64,000 nucleotides of DNA from positions 28,414,871 to 28,478,870 of the forward strand of contig NC_092676.1 in the NCBI RefSeq assembly GCF_964355755.1. The letters run 5' to 3'. This stretch comes from Antedon mediterranea (taxonomy: Eukaryota; Animalia; Echinodermata). This document shows, one piece after another, positions 12,479-24,548 of the stretch. The position numbers were made by a program, and so were the translations under genes. Under the pieces are notes generated by a model. The model was given only the letters and a program-made list of their open reading frames with translations, searched no databases and was not told where the DNA came from. How positions within the stretch are numbered: position 1 is the stretch's first letter; every line of letters begins with the position of its first letter.

Positions 12479-12886
12479 TATTTTAATAATATTGTAATAA
12501 TACGTCTTAGGCTAGCTAGGAGGAGGCCCTGTTTGAAAGAAATTTAATCACAGACAGATGGTGAAAGAAGGGAGGCTGTGCCGTGTGTGTGACGACAGGT
12601 GACATCGGTCGCGTTTGACTCAGCTAGCCTACTAGGCCTATTGATGATTTAGGTCGCCTAACATTGCTAGGCCTAGCTAGCTAGTTAGTAAGGAAATCGA
12701 GATTATAATATTACAGTTCAATAAAAATACATAATGGACAGAAAAAAAACCACAATACAAATAGGCCTAAACCTTATTTTATTATAGGCTTAGCCTAGGC
12801 CTAGAGGCCTAGTTAGAGGCTACTGCATCATAATATAATATTAATATATTATGGTTTTTTTTTAATTCATTTTCTAAGAATATACA

Positions 12887-15800
12887 ATGTCACAGCATAC
12901 ACCATCATCAACGGCTGCATTTCAGAGGATGTCATTAAGAACGCCAAAGTCAACTGGAACAACCCCAAGATCGTCTGTAAGGACAACGAGATCTACTGGG
13001 AGGACACCAAGATCTACTAGTAGAACGCCAAAATCTACTAAGAGAATGCCAAAATCATCTGGAAGAACCCCAAAATCATCAGGAAGAACCCCAAAATCAT
13101 CTGGAAGAACGCCAAAATCATCCAAACGAACGCCAAAATCATCCGGAGAAACACCAAACAGTACAAGAACAAGGAGAGGTAAGAAGTGTAATGTTAATAA
13201 TAGAAGCACATGGGATGTGAATTTGATTGATATGATGAGAGAGTACTTAGAGTAATAATTTATCTTTTTGTCATTATTTCAAGCGACCATCATCCCAATT
13301 ATATCTAATTTACTCATGTTTCTAGCCTCTTAATTTGTTTTAATTGTTATCTGGACAATAGGTTTGAGGTCTGAGCGGCAAATGAGTCGAACTCCAGGAT
13401 CAAATGTTATGCAGAGCTGCTTTGACTCCATACTCCAGACCGGACCTGCTTCAGCTCGCAAGAGAAGAATCAAGCGAGATAAAATTGTCAGTGAAATATT
13501 TGATTCGGAAAAGAAATATCAACAACAATTACGAATGGTTATACAGGTAATAGTACATAATGCTCCTTAAAGGCCAACTCAGACATTTTTAAAGTTTTCG
13601 CGACAACTTAAAAACTATGGCCGATGCTATCTCAAGACAAATCGTCTTGTCAGGATTTAACTCGGAAAGCAACAACGAGCCAAGACGTTTCATTGGGACT
13701 TGTCGTACGACGCTGTCTGAGCTGGCATTTAGGCTTTCAGTAATGGTGTGGGTTCTTCCTCTTATTGATTTATTGATAATTACTTTATGACAAATGTTGG
13801 TTTTTAATTATCACTTATATATAATTACTAAATACTAGTTTGTTTTTATTCATGTTTATAGAATTTTTACAACCCAATACGGAAGACAGGAATCCTACCA
13901 GAGGATGTGATTGACATCATCTTCAGCAACATCACTGCCATCAAGGCAGTCAACCAAGAACTTCTTATTCATCTGGAGACTTTTAGTGTTGGCAAAGCTT
14001 TCCTCCTTCTGGTGCCGTACCTTAAACTGTATTCAACGTACGCCAACAGTTTTGACAGAGCGGCATCAACTCTTGAGGTATGTGTTTGTTTCATTGCATC
14101 ACTATTCAAACTATTTTTCTTTTCAATTTAAAAATATTTTTCTTTCATTATTTCGTATTTATATGTTGTTGGATTATTTTGTAATATCACAAACTTGTGT
14201 TAAAACAATCAATGTTGATTGAATGAGTTTGAATCAGTCTCGTAAATAAATCAAATTTATATAAACCAATTCAGGAGGACACAGCACTGCACATGCTTTA
14301 TAATGTCTTACTGTTTTAAGTAGTCCTGACTGATAGAATATTTGGTTGGAAAACGAGACTACCAAGGGAAGCAAGCATACCACTAGACCATATTGATTAG
14401 CACATACACTGACGATAGTCTAGATTAACTACCATTCTGTACTCTTACTTTAGGATTGGAGTCGAAAGAGTGAAGAGTTTGCGGATTTCAAACGCATTCA
14501 AGAATCTAAACCTTCTTGTCGCAGTTTAAAACTGCATGCTTTGTTGATTACACCAGTACAGAGGATTCCCAGGTAAGTACAATATAAATATAAAGCCACA
14601 TACCAAAATTCAATAATATTTTTGTAATTTTGTTACCTGGTGCTGTACTTTGTAATTTTTGTGTAAAATTAAAATTATTTTCAGATATAAACTTTTGCTT
14701 GAAGAACTTTTGGAAAAAACTAGTGAAAGTCATAAGGATTATGAACAGTTAAAAGGTGCGTTTACTAGGATTGTGTTTGGAGTTGACTCTTAAGCTCTGC
14801 CTACACTATCAAACTAGTTTGACAAAAAAAATTCTAGTGGTACTTTTTGTCACATAAAGTTTGATAGTGTAGACAGAGCTTAAGACATAATTGAAGTGCA
14901 TTGCATCATGCAATAGTAATACGCAATATTTTTGCTTTAAATTGTATAGAGGCAACACAACAAGTGAATACCATTGCGCACAACATCAATGAACAACTAA
15001 AAGAACATGACAACTTTCAGAAGATGCTTAGCATTCAGAACTGTATGGTTGGAGAGACTGCACCAAAGATCTTAGCCCCTGGCAGACGCTTTATCAAAGA
15101 AGGAGCACTCAAAAAGGTATGCAAATAGTTTCATTAAGCTCTGTCTACACTATCAAACTTTATGTGACCAAAAAATGTGATGTCATATCACTACCACACT
15201 GTTGTTGTCAAACTGGTTTGATAGTGTAGACAGAGCTTTAGAAATAAACAATTATTATGCCAGGTAGATTTGTTAACCCCTGTCTACACTTAGTAATATG
15301 CCCAAATATGGTAGTGATATGACATCATCATGTCCATATATGGGCACATCACATAAAGTTTGATAGTGTAGACAGAGTTTTAAATAGTTTTGTACATGTT
15401 TTCATAGGTTTCCAAGAAAGGGGCAAAGTACCATGACAGAATGTTCTTCCTGTTCTCTGACATGTTAGTGTATGCCAAACCAACATTCCTGGAAAACACT
15501 GACAACGCTACGACATTCACCTGTCGTTGCATCATCAACTTGTTAGATTGCTCGGTGGATTGCGTCTTGGGTGATCACAAGGTACCAGGAGCTGGCGCCC
15601 TCTTTAAAGTGAGTTACTTGTTGCCTGCATCTCTGAAATATTTCCAAGCAACTTTGCAAAAAATTGAAAATTCCTATTCTTGTCTAAAAAAACTTGAAAG
15701 AACATTGTTTGTGTATTTCACTTAAAAATATTAATTGATTTTTTATGGTTTGTGTTTTTAGATATCTTTTGATAATGATTCTTTGCTATTATTCCATGAG

Positions 15801-17414
15801 GATCAGAATATTGCATTGTCTTGGGTAGAAACGATCAAAGATGCCATATCGCGTGTGAAACAAAATTCTGCTTCCTTGCGCAAGACAATTAGTAGCTCCG
15901 CTATTTCTCCGATGATTAAAAGAGGGCGTGTAAGGACTAGTCTTCGCTACCAGACAAAACGAAAGAGATCAGATAATGAAGTAAGTTTTTTTTTCTGAAA
16001 AGTATGATTTATATGAGATAATTTCCCAAATTATCATAGAATCAAAACGGTACTGGCTTTGATAATGTTCTTCTTTTCTCAACGAGTTATAAAGAAATTC
16101 ATATGGTGCCAACTATAGAATGTTCCCTAAAAGGCTGATCCAGCATTGTTTATAAGAGAGGGAGCATGTATTTTTAATTTTAGTTCAATATAAGGAGAGG
16201 GCATGTCTGTTCCCAACTTTTTTAATAACTATTCTCACTTTTATTGTTTACATTTACAGAATAATGCACATATGCAAGATAGTCTGTACCCAATGAGGAA
16301 ATACCTACAGAGTTTGAAGTTGAATCAACCACGGGATAGTCAACCGCAGGAAAATCAACCACAAAAAAATCAACCGCGGGAAACACCTTCAAAACGCCCA
16401 CGACTTACCAGAAGTCAAGTTGAACAAAATCAGTCTGTAAGTTTTATTTATGGATAAGATTGATTATTGATTATTGATTATCCATGAACCACTTGTACCT
16501 AATGTATGTTTGTATTTTTTTAATACAGTTCTTTTTTATTAAACAACATTTTAGAAAGATATCAATGTAATCCACTGGAATTATATTATTATTTCAATAT
16601 TCTAATAATTTCTATGACTTTATCCAAATTCCCTCACTTGCACTGATGAAGAGCTAGTGTTGCCCGAAAGCTCTGCTAACTTTTCTGGCTGTTTACTTTA
16701 TTGTTTTGATTTAGCTTTTCGCTTTTTATTTTTGTATCTCCATTGAGATCCAGCCACTGATACCCACAGCATTGTCATTTTGTATCTCCATTGAGATCCA
16801 GCCACTGATACCCACAGCATTGTCATTTTGTATCTCCATTGAGATCCAGCCACTGATACCCACAGCATTGTCATTTTGTATCTCCATTGAGATCCAGCCA
16901 CTGATACCCACAGTTTTAATTTGCCTTTGGATTTATATTATTATTTCAACATATAAATGAACAAAAGACGTTGTGTTGTATTATTTAAATTGTATACAGT
17001 TTGTTTTAAGCTCTGTCAAACTTGTTTGATAGTGTAGACAGAGCTTTAGAAAAACAAAAATTATGTTTATTGTGTAATAGAAAGAAATTATAAAGATGAT
17101 GTCAAATAAAATACTTCTTTTCTTTTATGCAGAAAATAACTGAATTCAAATTCAGTGAGGATGATACCGTTTTCCAAACACCAGAAAAAACGCTTGTTGA
17201 TGAACAGCCCTTCTTCACCCCAGCAACCAGCATAGTGAAACGAGGAGAACGTAGAACAAGAAGCGCATCGAGGAACCGATCATTACACGGTGTCAAGCAT
17301 GGGCGAGTAACGTCCGCTAAGAAAAAGCGACAACAACAACGTGCGTCACGCCAGAAGGACATCCACGTTAAAAGTAATAACTCCAATCCTGAAGCACGTT
17401 GCACAATTTTATAA
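12887..17414 (+). CDS. ARHGEF39: DH-PH Rho guanine nucleotide exchange factor, ARHGEF39-like, 10 coding exons, ~642 aa
   Basis: Exons 12887-13178, 13362-13546, 13862-14077, 14454-14572, 14685-14755, 14950-15116, 15408-15608, 15762-15980, 16260-16436, 17133-17414, phases consistent. DH: EIFDSEKKY, IFSNI, PYLKLYSTYAN, LLITPVQRIPRYKLLL. PH: PGRRFIKEG, RMFFLFSDMLVYAKP. No FYVE domain, so ARHGEF39-like rather than FGD; symbol tentative. Confidence 0.85.
13571..13728. mobile_element. Short PIF/Harbinger-like MITE
   Basis: Ends AGGCCAACTCAGACA / TGTCTGAGCTGGCAT flanked by TAA and TTA. Confidence 0.6.
16638..16679 (+). ncRNA. Minimal type I hammerhead ribozyme motif of Penelope-like-element type
   Basis: ttgca-CTGATGA-a-gagc-tagtgtt-gccc-GAAA-gc-TC-tgc: both core boxes, stem II with one mismatch, palindromic AGCT stem III, UC cleavage site, stem I gca/tgc. 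Confidence 0.6.
16728..16912. repeat. 42-bp tandem repeat, ~4.4 copies
   Basis: attttgtatctccattgagatccagccactgatacccacagc-type unit; explains the spurious repetitive ORFs here. Confidence 0.93.
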
Positions 17415-18351
17415 ATTGTTAATTTTGCACCAATTTTTACCACGTCTTTGATATTATTTTAATAATAGAGCTATCACAACTTTGATTTAATTGTAGGCAT
17501 GAGCAAATATTTGTTATTTTTTTAACAATACAATTGACAAAGTTTAAATAATGATACAGTAATTGTGTTTCATATTTAATAGGACAAATAACATATTGGT
17601 CAATAACATCAAATTTCTCTGCAATCAGTTCTTAAAATAATCACACATTTAGGGCGCACCAGAAACATTATTGTACTGTATATAAATAATTTGAATTTAA
17701 AATAGATTTCTATTTGTATATAAACTCTTATGCACAAAAGAACAACTTTTTTTAACTGAATCAATGAATTTGTTTACAAAAGAAATTAAAATGAATTAAA
17801 ATAAAAAAACATTGTATAATTAATATAATAATCATGAAATGTCTATCCCCTCGTTGAATGAAAACGAAAAAAAAACTATATTTAAAACTAGATATATTGT
17901 ATTAATGTGTAGTCTACTGTAGTGTGTGCAATGTAGTCTGTTTAAACTTGTAATTTTTTTTACATTTATTTTATGTTTTTCACCCTTTTCTATGTGTTTT
18001 GTTACATGCAGTACTTTCATATATAAAATAAGTTCAGATCAAAAAATAATTAAATGTTTTGTTCTTTAAACAATGTATATGTGTTTAATAATTGTTTTTA
18101 ATCACCTTTTGATTAGTTTATTTTGATACTGCACTGTTTTTTTTATTTGCATATAATGCATTTCTGAATTTCTTGTTCTTTTTATATAAAAATATATTTT
18201 ATTTTTTTTACTAAAATAACTAAATTCACTGTAAAATGCACTTTTATATACCAAATAAATCTTGTGATGAAAATAATAATTTGTAAATTTACATTATGTT
18301 TTAATGATTGTGTACGTTATATAAATATTATCATTCCTGCTTTTATTTTTT

Positions 18352-18416
18352 ATATAAAGCGCATTGAGAGCCTGCTTATATGCGCTATATAAGAACAGAC
18401 TATTATTATTATTATA
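18352..18416 (+). repeat. L2/SINE-type 3' tail relic (second copy ~29145-29201)
   Basis: agcgcattgagagc(c/t)tgcttatatgcgct(a/g)tat followed by (TAT)n at both sites. Confidence 0.55.
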
Positions 18417-18494
18417 ATAAATCGTGTATGAAAAATTGCTCTGATCTTTCTAAAAAGAGGTAGCGCGCCCCCAACGATTACAAACCTGTTCAAG

Positions 18495-20855
18495 ATGGCA
18501 GCGCCCATGATCGCATTAAATAATCTCTTGGCTTCGGGCCAATATTCCTCAATTTTAAGCGTTATTAAAGGTTTTCGAAATGGAGTTGTGTAAGTAAAAA
18601 CTGTTTTTTAGATTTACATATAACATTTGTGATGTTTTTTTTTTAATTAAGTGCCTCAAAATTGCAATCTTTTAACTAGGCCTATCAGGTTGAGTCAGCA
18701 GACGGGGGAGAGTAGGGTCACAGTGCATTTCGGCCGCCAATCATTTCGGCCGCCGGTTATGGAACGATCAAATTCTTGAAACTCCAAAAAGGACAAAATA
18801 TAGCATGATCATTTCGGCCGCCAGGTATGGCGCGCCAAATTGAAATAGCCAGAAATAACTGTACAGTACTACAGTGCAAAAAATAACTTTACCAAGTCTA
18901 TGGAACGCCACAGAGAACTATGATCATTTAAACCAGAGATCAGTTGTGCAATGGGCTAAATACATTTTTTTTGCCGTAGATTTAAAGTTATATTACGGTA
19001 TTTTACCATCTGAATATTTTGGTCAAAATAAATATTGATTAAATGTTTATTTATATTTTTATTTTACAGGTCCTGAAGATGCGCGTGCTTTGTAAAAATG
19101 TTTATTTATGAATATAATAAATGTAAAACATACAAATAAGTGTGACTGGCACATAAAAAAAAACCTCCTTGGCAAAGTGCACGCCATAAATTATGGCATA
19201 AATATCGCTGCTGTTTTTCTGGAATTGAAGACCGCCGATTCGGCTTAATAATACAGTGTTTAGTAAAAATAACATTTTAAACACACATGGCGTGTCATAC
19301 ATATTCAAGAATAATTACAATTCTGGCGGCCGAAATGAACAATACATATTTTGTCTTTTTTGGCGTTTCATGAATTTGGCAATTCCCTAACCGGCGGCCG
19401 AAATGACTGGCGGCCGAAATGATCAGACACCGAGAGTAGCAACAAATTAGGCTATTTATGCTTCTGGTGTAGGTCTAGTCTGCCTTTGCCGAGGGCTAGG
19501 AATTCTCGTATAAGTAGGCCATGATTCCCTATCAATGTAGAGTAGAATTAGTTATGAAACTAGATAATAGGCTTGTAAAGAATGCCTAGACTAGCCTAGT
19601 CTAGGCTAGACAATTATTGCCTATTTAGTAAAGTATTATTTTATTATGATATAAATAATTAATATTAAATTAATATATTTAAATATGACTGGTTGGTAGT
19701 TAAGTATACCTACTGAAAGACTAAAGAAGTAACTAAAATGCTGATATTGTCTTTATTTTTCAGTTATGGTGCTAAGATACGATTTCCACATGCCTTGGTT
19801 ATGACTTTTTTATTCAAGAGAGGCCCGTAAGTATATTGGAATAATAAATTAGAAGATGCAAATATTTATTACACAAAGGTGTATTAATGTGGTATTGATC
19901 CTGTTAAATTCTAAATAAAAATCGTTAATATAGTGCATTAAACTTTCTTTTTTTTACAGATTGCTAGACAAAATAAGAGGAATACTACGAGCGACCTACA
20001 CCCACTCAAGAAATCTGTCATATTTTGTTTTCATATACAAAGCGTTAACAAGTGTGTTCCGTCGAATTGAAGAAAAAGAAAGAGAGAGTCATTCATTCAT
20101 AGCAGCATGTATTGGTGGTTATTTGGTGTTTGGTGAAAATAATAATATTAATAGTCAGGTAAGACACTAAAGCTCTGTCTACACTATCCAAATTTATGCG
20201 ACAACAAAATGTGATGTGCCCATATATGGACATGATGTCACTACCATATTTGGGCACATCACACTTTTGGATTTGCTTACTTACTCCTCCATTCCTCGAC
20301 ACAGTTTTGGTGGTCCAGGCGACAACCTACAACACATCAATGCATAGGTGGTCGTTGCAAATTGAAACCTTCCTAAAGCTCTGTCTTCACTATCAAACTA
20401 GTTTGACAAAAAAGGTGATGTGGCCAAATATTAGTGGTGATATGCTCAAATATGGTAGTGATATGACATCATCATGTCAATATTGGCAAATCAATTTTGT
20501 GTCACATAAAGTTTGATAGTGTAGACCGAGATCAAGATCCTTAACAATCTTTTAAAATGCAATATATTTATTAATAATTTCATAAATTCATTTTCAGATA
20601 AACATGTACCTGTTGTCAAGGATTATCTTTGGACTTTGTCGATTACTAGTAAAGAAGGAAGTAGTGAAGCCACCCCGTCGTGACCCCTTCCCCATGTTTG
20701 CTATGTTAGTATGGGGTATTGTGTTATGGCTGTTTGAGTATCACCAGGAGGTCTTACAACCATCTCTACAGAATTCAATGACATATCTGTACCATGATTC
20801 TAACACCTGGCATAATATATGGGACTTTATCATTTACAACAAACCTTCTAAATAA
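18495..20855 (+). CDS. PXMP4: Peroxisomal membrane protein 4 (PMP24), 4 exons, ~204 aa
   Basis: Exons 18495-18589, 19764-19826, 19960-20158, 20598-20855. KGFRNGVVYGAKIRFPHALVMTFLF, ATYTHSRNL, GGYLVFGENNNINSQINMYLLSR, LQPSLQNSMTYLYHDSN. Confidence 0.95.
18716..19431. mobile_element. Non-autonomous DNA transposon, 716 bp, 8-bp TSD (Merlin- or MULE-like)
   Basis: TSD GAGAGTAG (18708-18715 / 19432-19439); GGT...ACC ends; ~105-bp imperfect TIRs each holding three CATTTCGGCCGCC motifs. Confidence 0.8.
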
Positions 20856-23519
20856 AAAACCATTAATTACACTGGAAGCGATAAGCTAAATATTCTGGAG
20901 GTGCAGGCTGGATAACGTTTTTAAACTGCTACTGTACAAAATCCCTACTGTGGGGGACTCCTTTGGGACCCAGCAGTGTCCTCTTAATTGGGGTTGATCA
21001 TAGTCGTAAAATATATATATTATTGCATCTTGTTTGTTTCAAGCAAAAGTGTCCCAAAGGAAGTGTTCTACTGTACAATTTGGAGATTATAAATTTTCGG
21101 ACCAGTTGATAATAAAAAATTGGTAATAAAATAGATCATTTAGAAATATATTTAATATTGTAAATTAGCATATTTTTAATAATTTTGTATACACTGGTTC
21201 AATGTACTGTACTATTATATATTCATGTAGTTGATAGTCAACACAATTTGTATTTTGATGTAAAAATATTCTTGATTAAATTTTTCTTGTCAATCTGATT
21301 ACAATCTGTCAGTTCATGCTAAAGCTCTGTCTACACTATCGAACTAGTTTCACAAAAATATGAAATCACATTTTTGTGATACGTAAAGTGTAGACAAGGG
21401 TTTACAAATGCATCTTATTATGTCACATTTTATGCACACAGGGTGCAGCTCTTCCACCATACAAAACACCGGTGTTGAAGTCCTCGTGTGTGTAAACTTC
21501 AGAATTTTGCAAGGGAATGTGATAAAAATACGTACCTCTAAAAACCACCACTAAAGAACTAGAATTAAAATCCTTTTGGTCAACTTTATTTTGAATGTTT
21601 ATCTTTGCTTTCAATTGTATGCATGCAATTATGAGACAAAGAAAAGCTTATTTCAACAAATATAATATAATGTAATACAGTATACACAACCTTGAATACT
21701 AGTTCTATGTGTTTTAACAAATGTAGTAATAACTATTATGATTTTACACAATTAGTTTTAACAATTAGTGATAATACCTCCAACCAATTTCCTCAATATT
21801 TTTAAATATAATTTTGCTACATTGAAGTTCTTTCTACTCTTGAATAGGGTTTGATTTCAGTCCTGGCAGGATGGTTCCTCTACCCTTTTATACCTTTCAG
21901 TATAACTAAGAGTTGGCAGGTGTACACTTTTCAAATAGTGGCATGTTCCTTTGGAGTATACATCCCATTCAATGAGAGGAAAGCATCCAGGGTACAGACA
22001 TGTTTTGAACTCTGACCTCATCACACCTCTTGCTATATCATGACTAGTAGTTTAAAATATAGTATGTATGTATTACTCTTTCACTTGCTTAATGTATTAT
22101 AGATTTGCATGCACTCCTATCTATTCATGCATAGTTGTGTTGAACCGCTCGACCAAAAACACCTTGCTATTTATAATATATAAAACATTTCATACTCTTA
22201 TTCTAGCACTATTTAAACTGAAAATGTGTCAACAAAATTGATTAAAAGTTATAAATTTAAAGCTAGGCATTGGTTACCCTTGCAATTTCAACAGAGTGTG
22301 CAACCCTGGGAAATCAGGTGTTACATAGTCACTACCAATTAGCAACAGTATTTGACTGTTAAACTCAACTTCAAATAAACACGTTTTAATTGCAAGAGTT
22401 GACAGCAGCCTAGTTTAAACTCATGAATTCAGTTTCTTTAATATATATAATTATCCCTTTCACATTTTAAACAATTTAACCCAAAATCAACCTAAATAAA
22501 ATAATAAATTTAGTAAGCTAAAACAAATTGTGATTTAAAATTATTGACAACATCTTATAAGCCCCTAAAAACCATTTGTCCCAGGGTGACCGATTTTAAG
22601 AGCGGTTGTACTTGACTGTATAATATGCTAAAATTGGTTGGCTTAAAACTTCAGATTTCCTTGTTGCGGTAAACCACAATTTGTTTACTAATTCTTCCCC
22701 ATGTAAACAAACATTTAATGCAAAAATATATTCTAACAGGTTTCACCAATTATATCATACAAACATAAAATTGATCAAATACATTATGAAATAATATTTT
22801 AATTATAATAAATAACATTTTTACTACTAAATATTGTATAATTATTATTCTAAACAATTATAGATATTGCCTTTAGGAATAATGTTTACAAAAAAAGAAA
22901 TAGGACTAAATAATGACGATCTAAACATCTATTAACAAAGAAATTAATTCAGAAAATATTTTAATAACCCAAACAGTTTGTACAGTAAATGAAACCACTC
23001 AGAAACTGAGTGAAGTACTTGGCAAAGTATATATTCAGAGATAGAGGCCTCACTGCTTATATTTCAGCCCATGTTAAAAGAATACAGATTGTTCTTTTTC
23101 CTATTTGTAAAGAACCAATTTTCTTTAAATAAGCATGTTCTGTATTAAAGTATATACCTATTTGCACGGGAATATTCAAGATGAAAACTTGAAAATTGTG
23201 AATGCTATTGTGCTAACAAACAAACAAAGCAAGTACTATACTGTACCGTATTAAAGTGACTGTTGTGCAATTTTATGGTGTTAATTTTTATACAATGCAC
23301 TAAAATAGTCAATTCTTTTTAGTCTGAGAAAAGTCTATAAAACAAAACCCAAATCAAAATAATTATAATATAATAATTGTAAAAATGTGTATGTTGAACC
23401 ACATTATTTTTGTTATACATTTTTATACAAAAGAGGTAATAGAACTTTGTTTTATCAGAGTTTGTACAAGCACCCTTGTATTCATTTTGCACCCACTTAA
23501 AAAATATAAATTGAAGTAA

Positions 23520-23870
23520 AACTGGGGAATAGGCATAGGGAGTAGCTCTGGGAAGCGACCATAGGGAGTGACCCTGAGAAGTAGGGATAGGTATTTGCCC
23601 TAATAAGCGGGAATTTTGTATTTTCCCTGGGAAGTGACCATAGGGAATAGATCTGGTAAGTGACTATTGGGTGTAGACCTGGGAAGTGACTGTAGGTATT
23701 TGCCCTGGGAAGTGACTGTAGGTATTTGCCCTGGGAAGTGACTGTAAGTATTTGTCCTGGGAAGTGACTATAGGGAGTAGCCCTGAGAAGTGGGCACAGG
23801 TATTTGCCCTGGGAAGTGACCACAGGGAGTAGACCTGGGAAGTGACCGTAATGAGTAGCCCTGGGAAAGC
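23520..23870. repeat. Degenerate ~25-bp GC-richer tandem repeat downstream of the PLEKHF2 stop
   Basis: Recurring ccctgggaagtgact(g/a)tagg core. Confidence 0.85.
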
Positions 23871-24548
23871 AGATAAGACTCATGCAAACCGTGCTTGCAT
23901 ACAAATGTATACAAATATTTGAGTACAATTTTTGGATATGACAAACATTTTAACACTCCAAATGTCCTTAATGGTTAAACAATAATACATTTACTTATAC
24001 TAAGTAAAATTATTTCCACATTAAGTAGTACGCAGTAAATTCTACATATTTTTTGTTCCTTTGAATGAAATACTTAAAAAGAATACAAGATCAAATGTAA
24101 ATAATTTTAAGGAAATATATACGTTTTAAGTATGACTAAATATTTCATTTTGTCCGTTGAACTAACATTATCAAACCTTATTAAACATTCCATTAAAAGT
24201 AGGAGAAATTTGAATATGCTTACAACAGGAAGACACTTGTTTTAAAGTTTGTGAACTTGCAATTTCTAGTACAAAATCTTAAATATAGTATATAATAAAA
24301 GTAAGGCAATGCAAGTAACAACTGTTAACATCGTGGCTGAGATTACTATACTAATCCCAGATGGTGCATACTAAAATAGTGTTGTCATATGTTTGTGTCA
24401 AGCTTACCACACTTAAGCACAAAGCTTAATGCAAACACATGAACATTGCTTAAGTATGTGCCAATCCGTGTATGTGTTTCCTTTTAAAATGTATTTTCTT
24501 GAGATACATGGTTTTTACATTTTTTAACAATCTTTAAACGTTCTTCTG

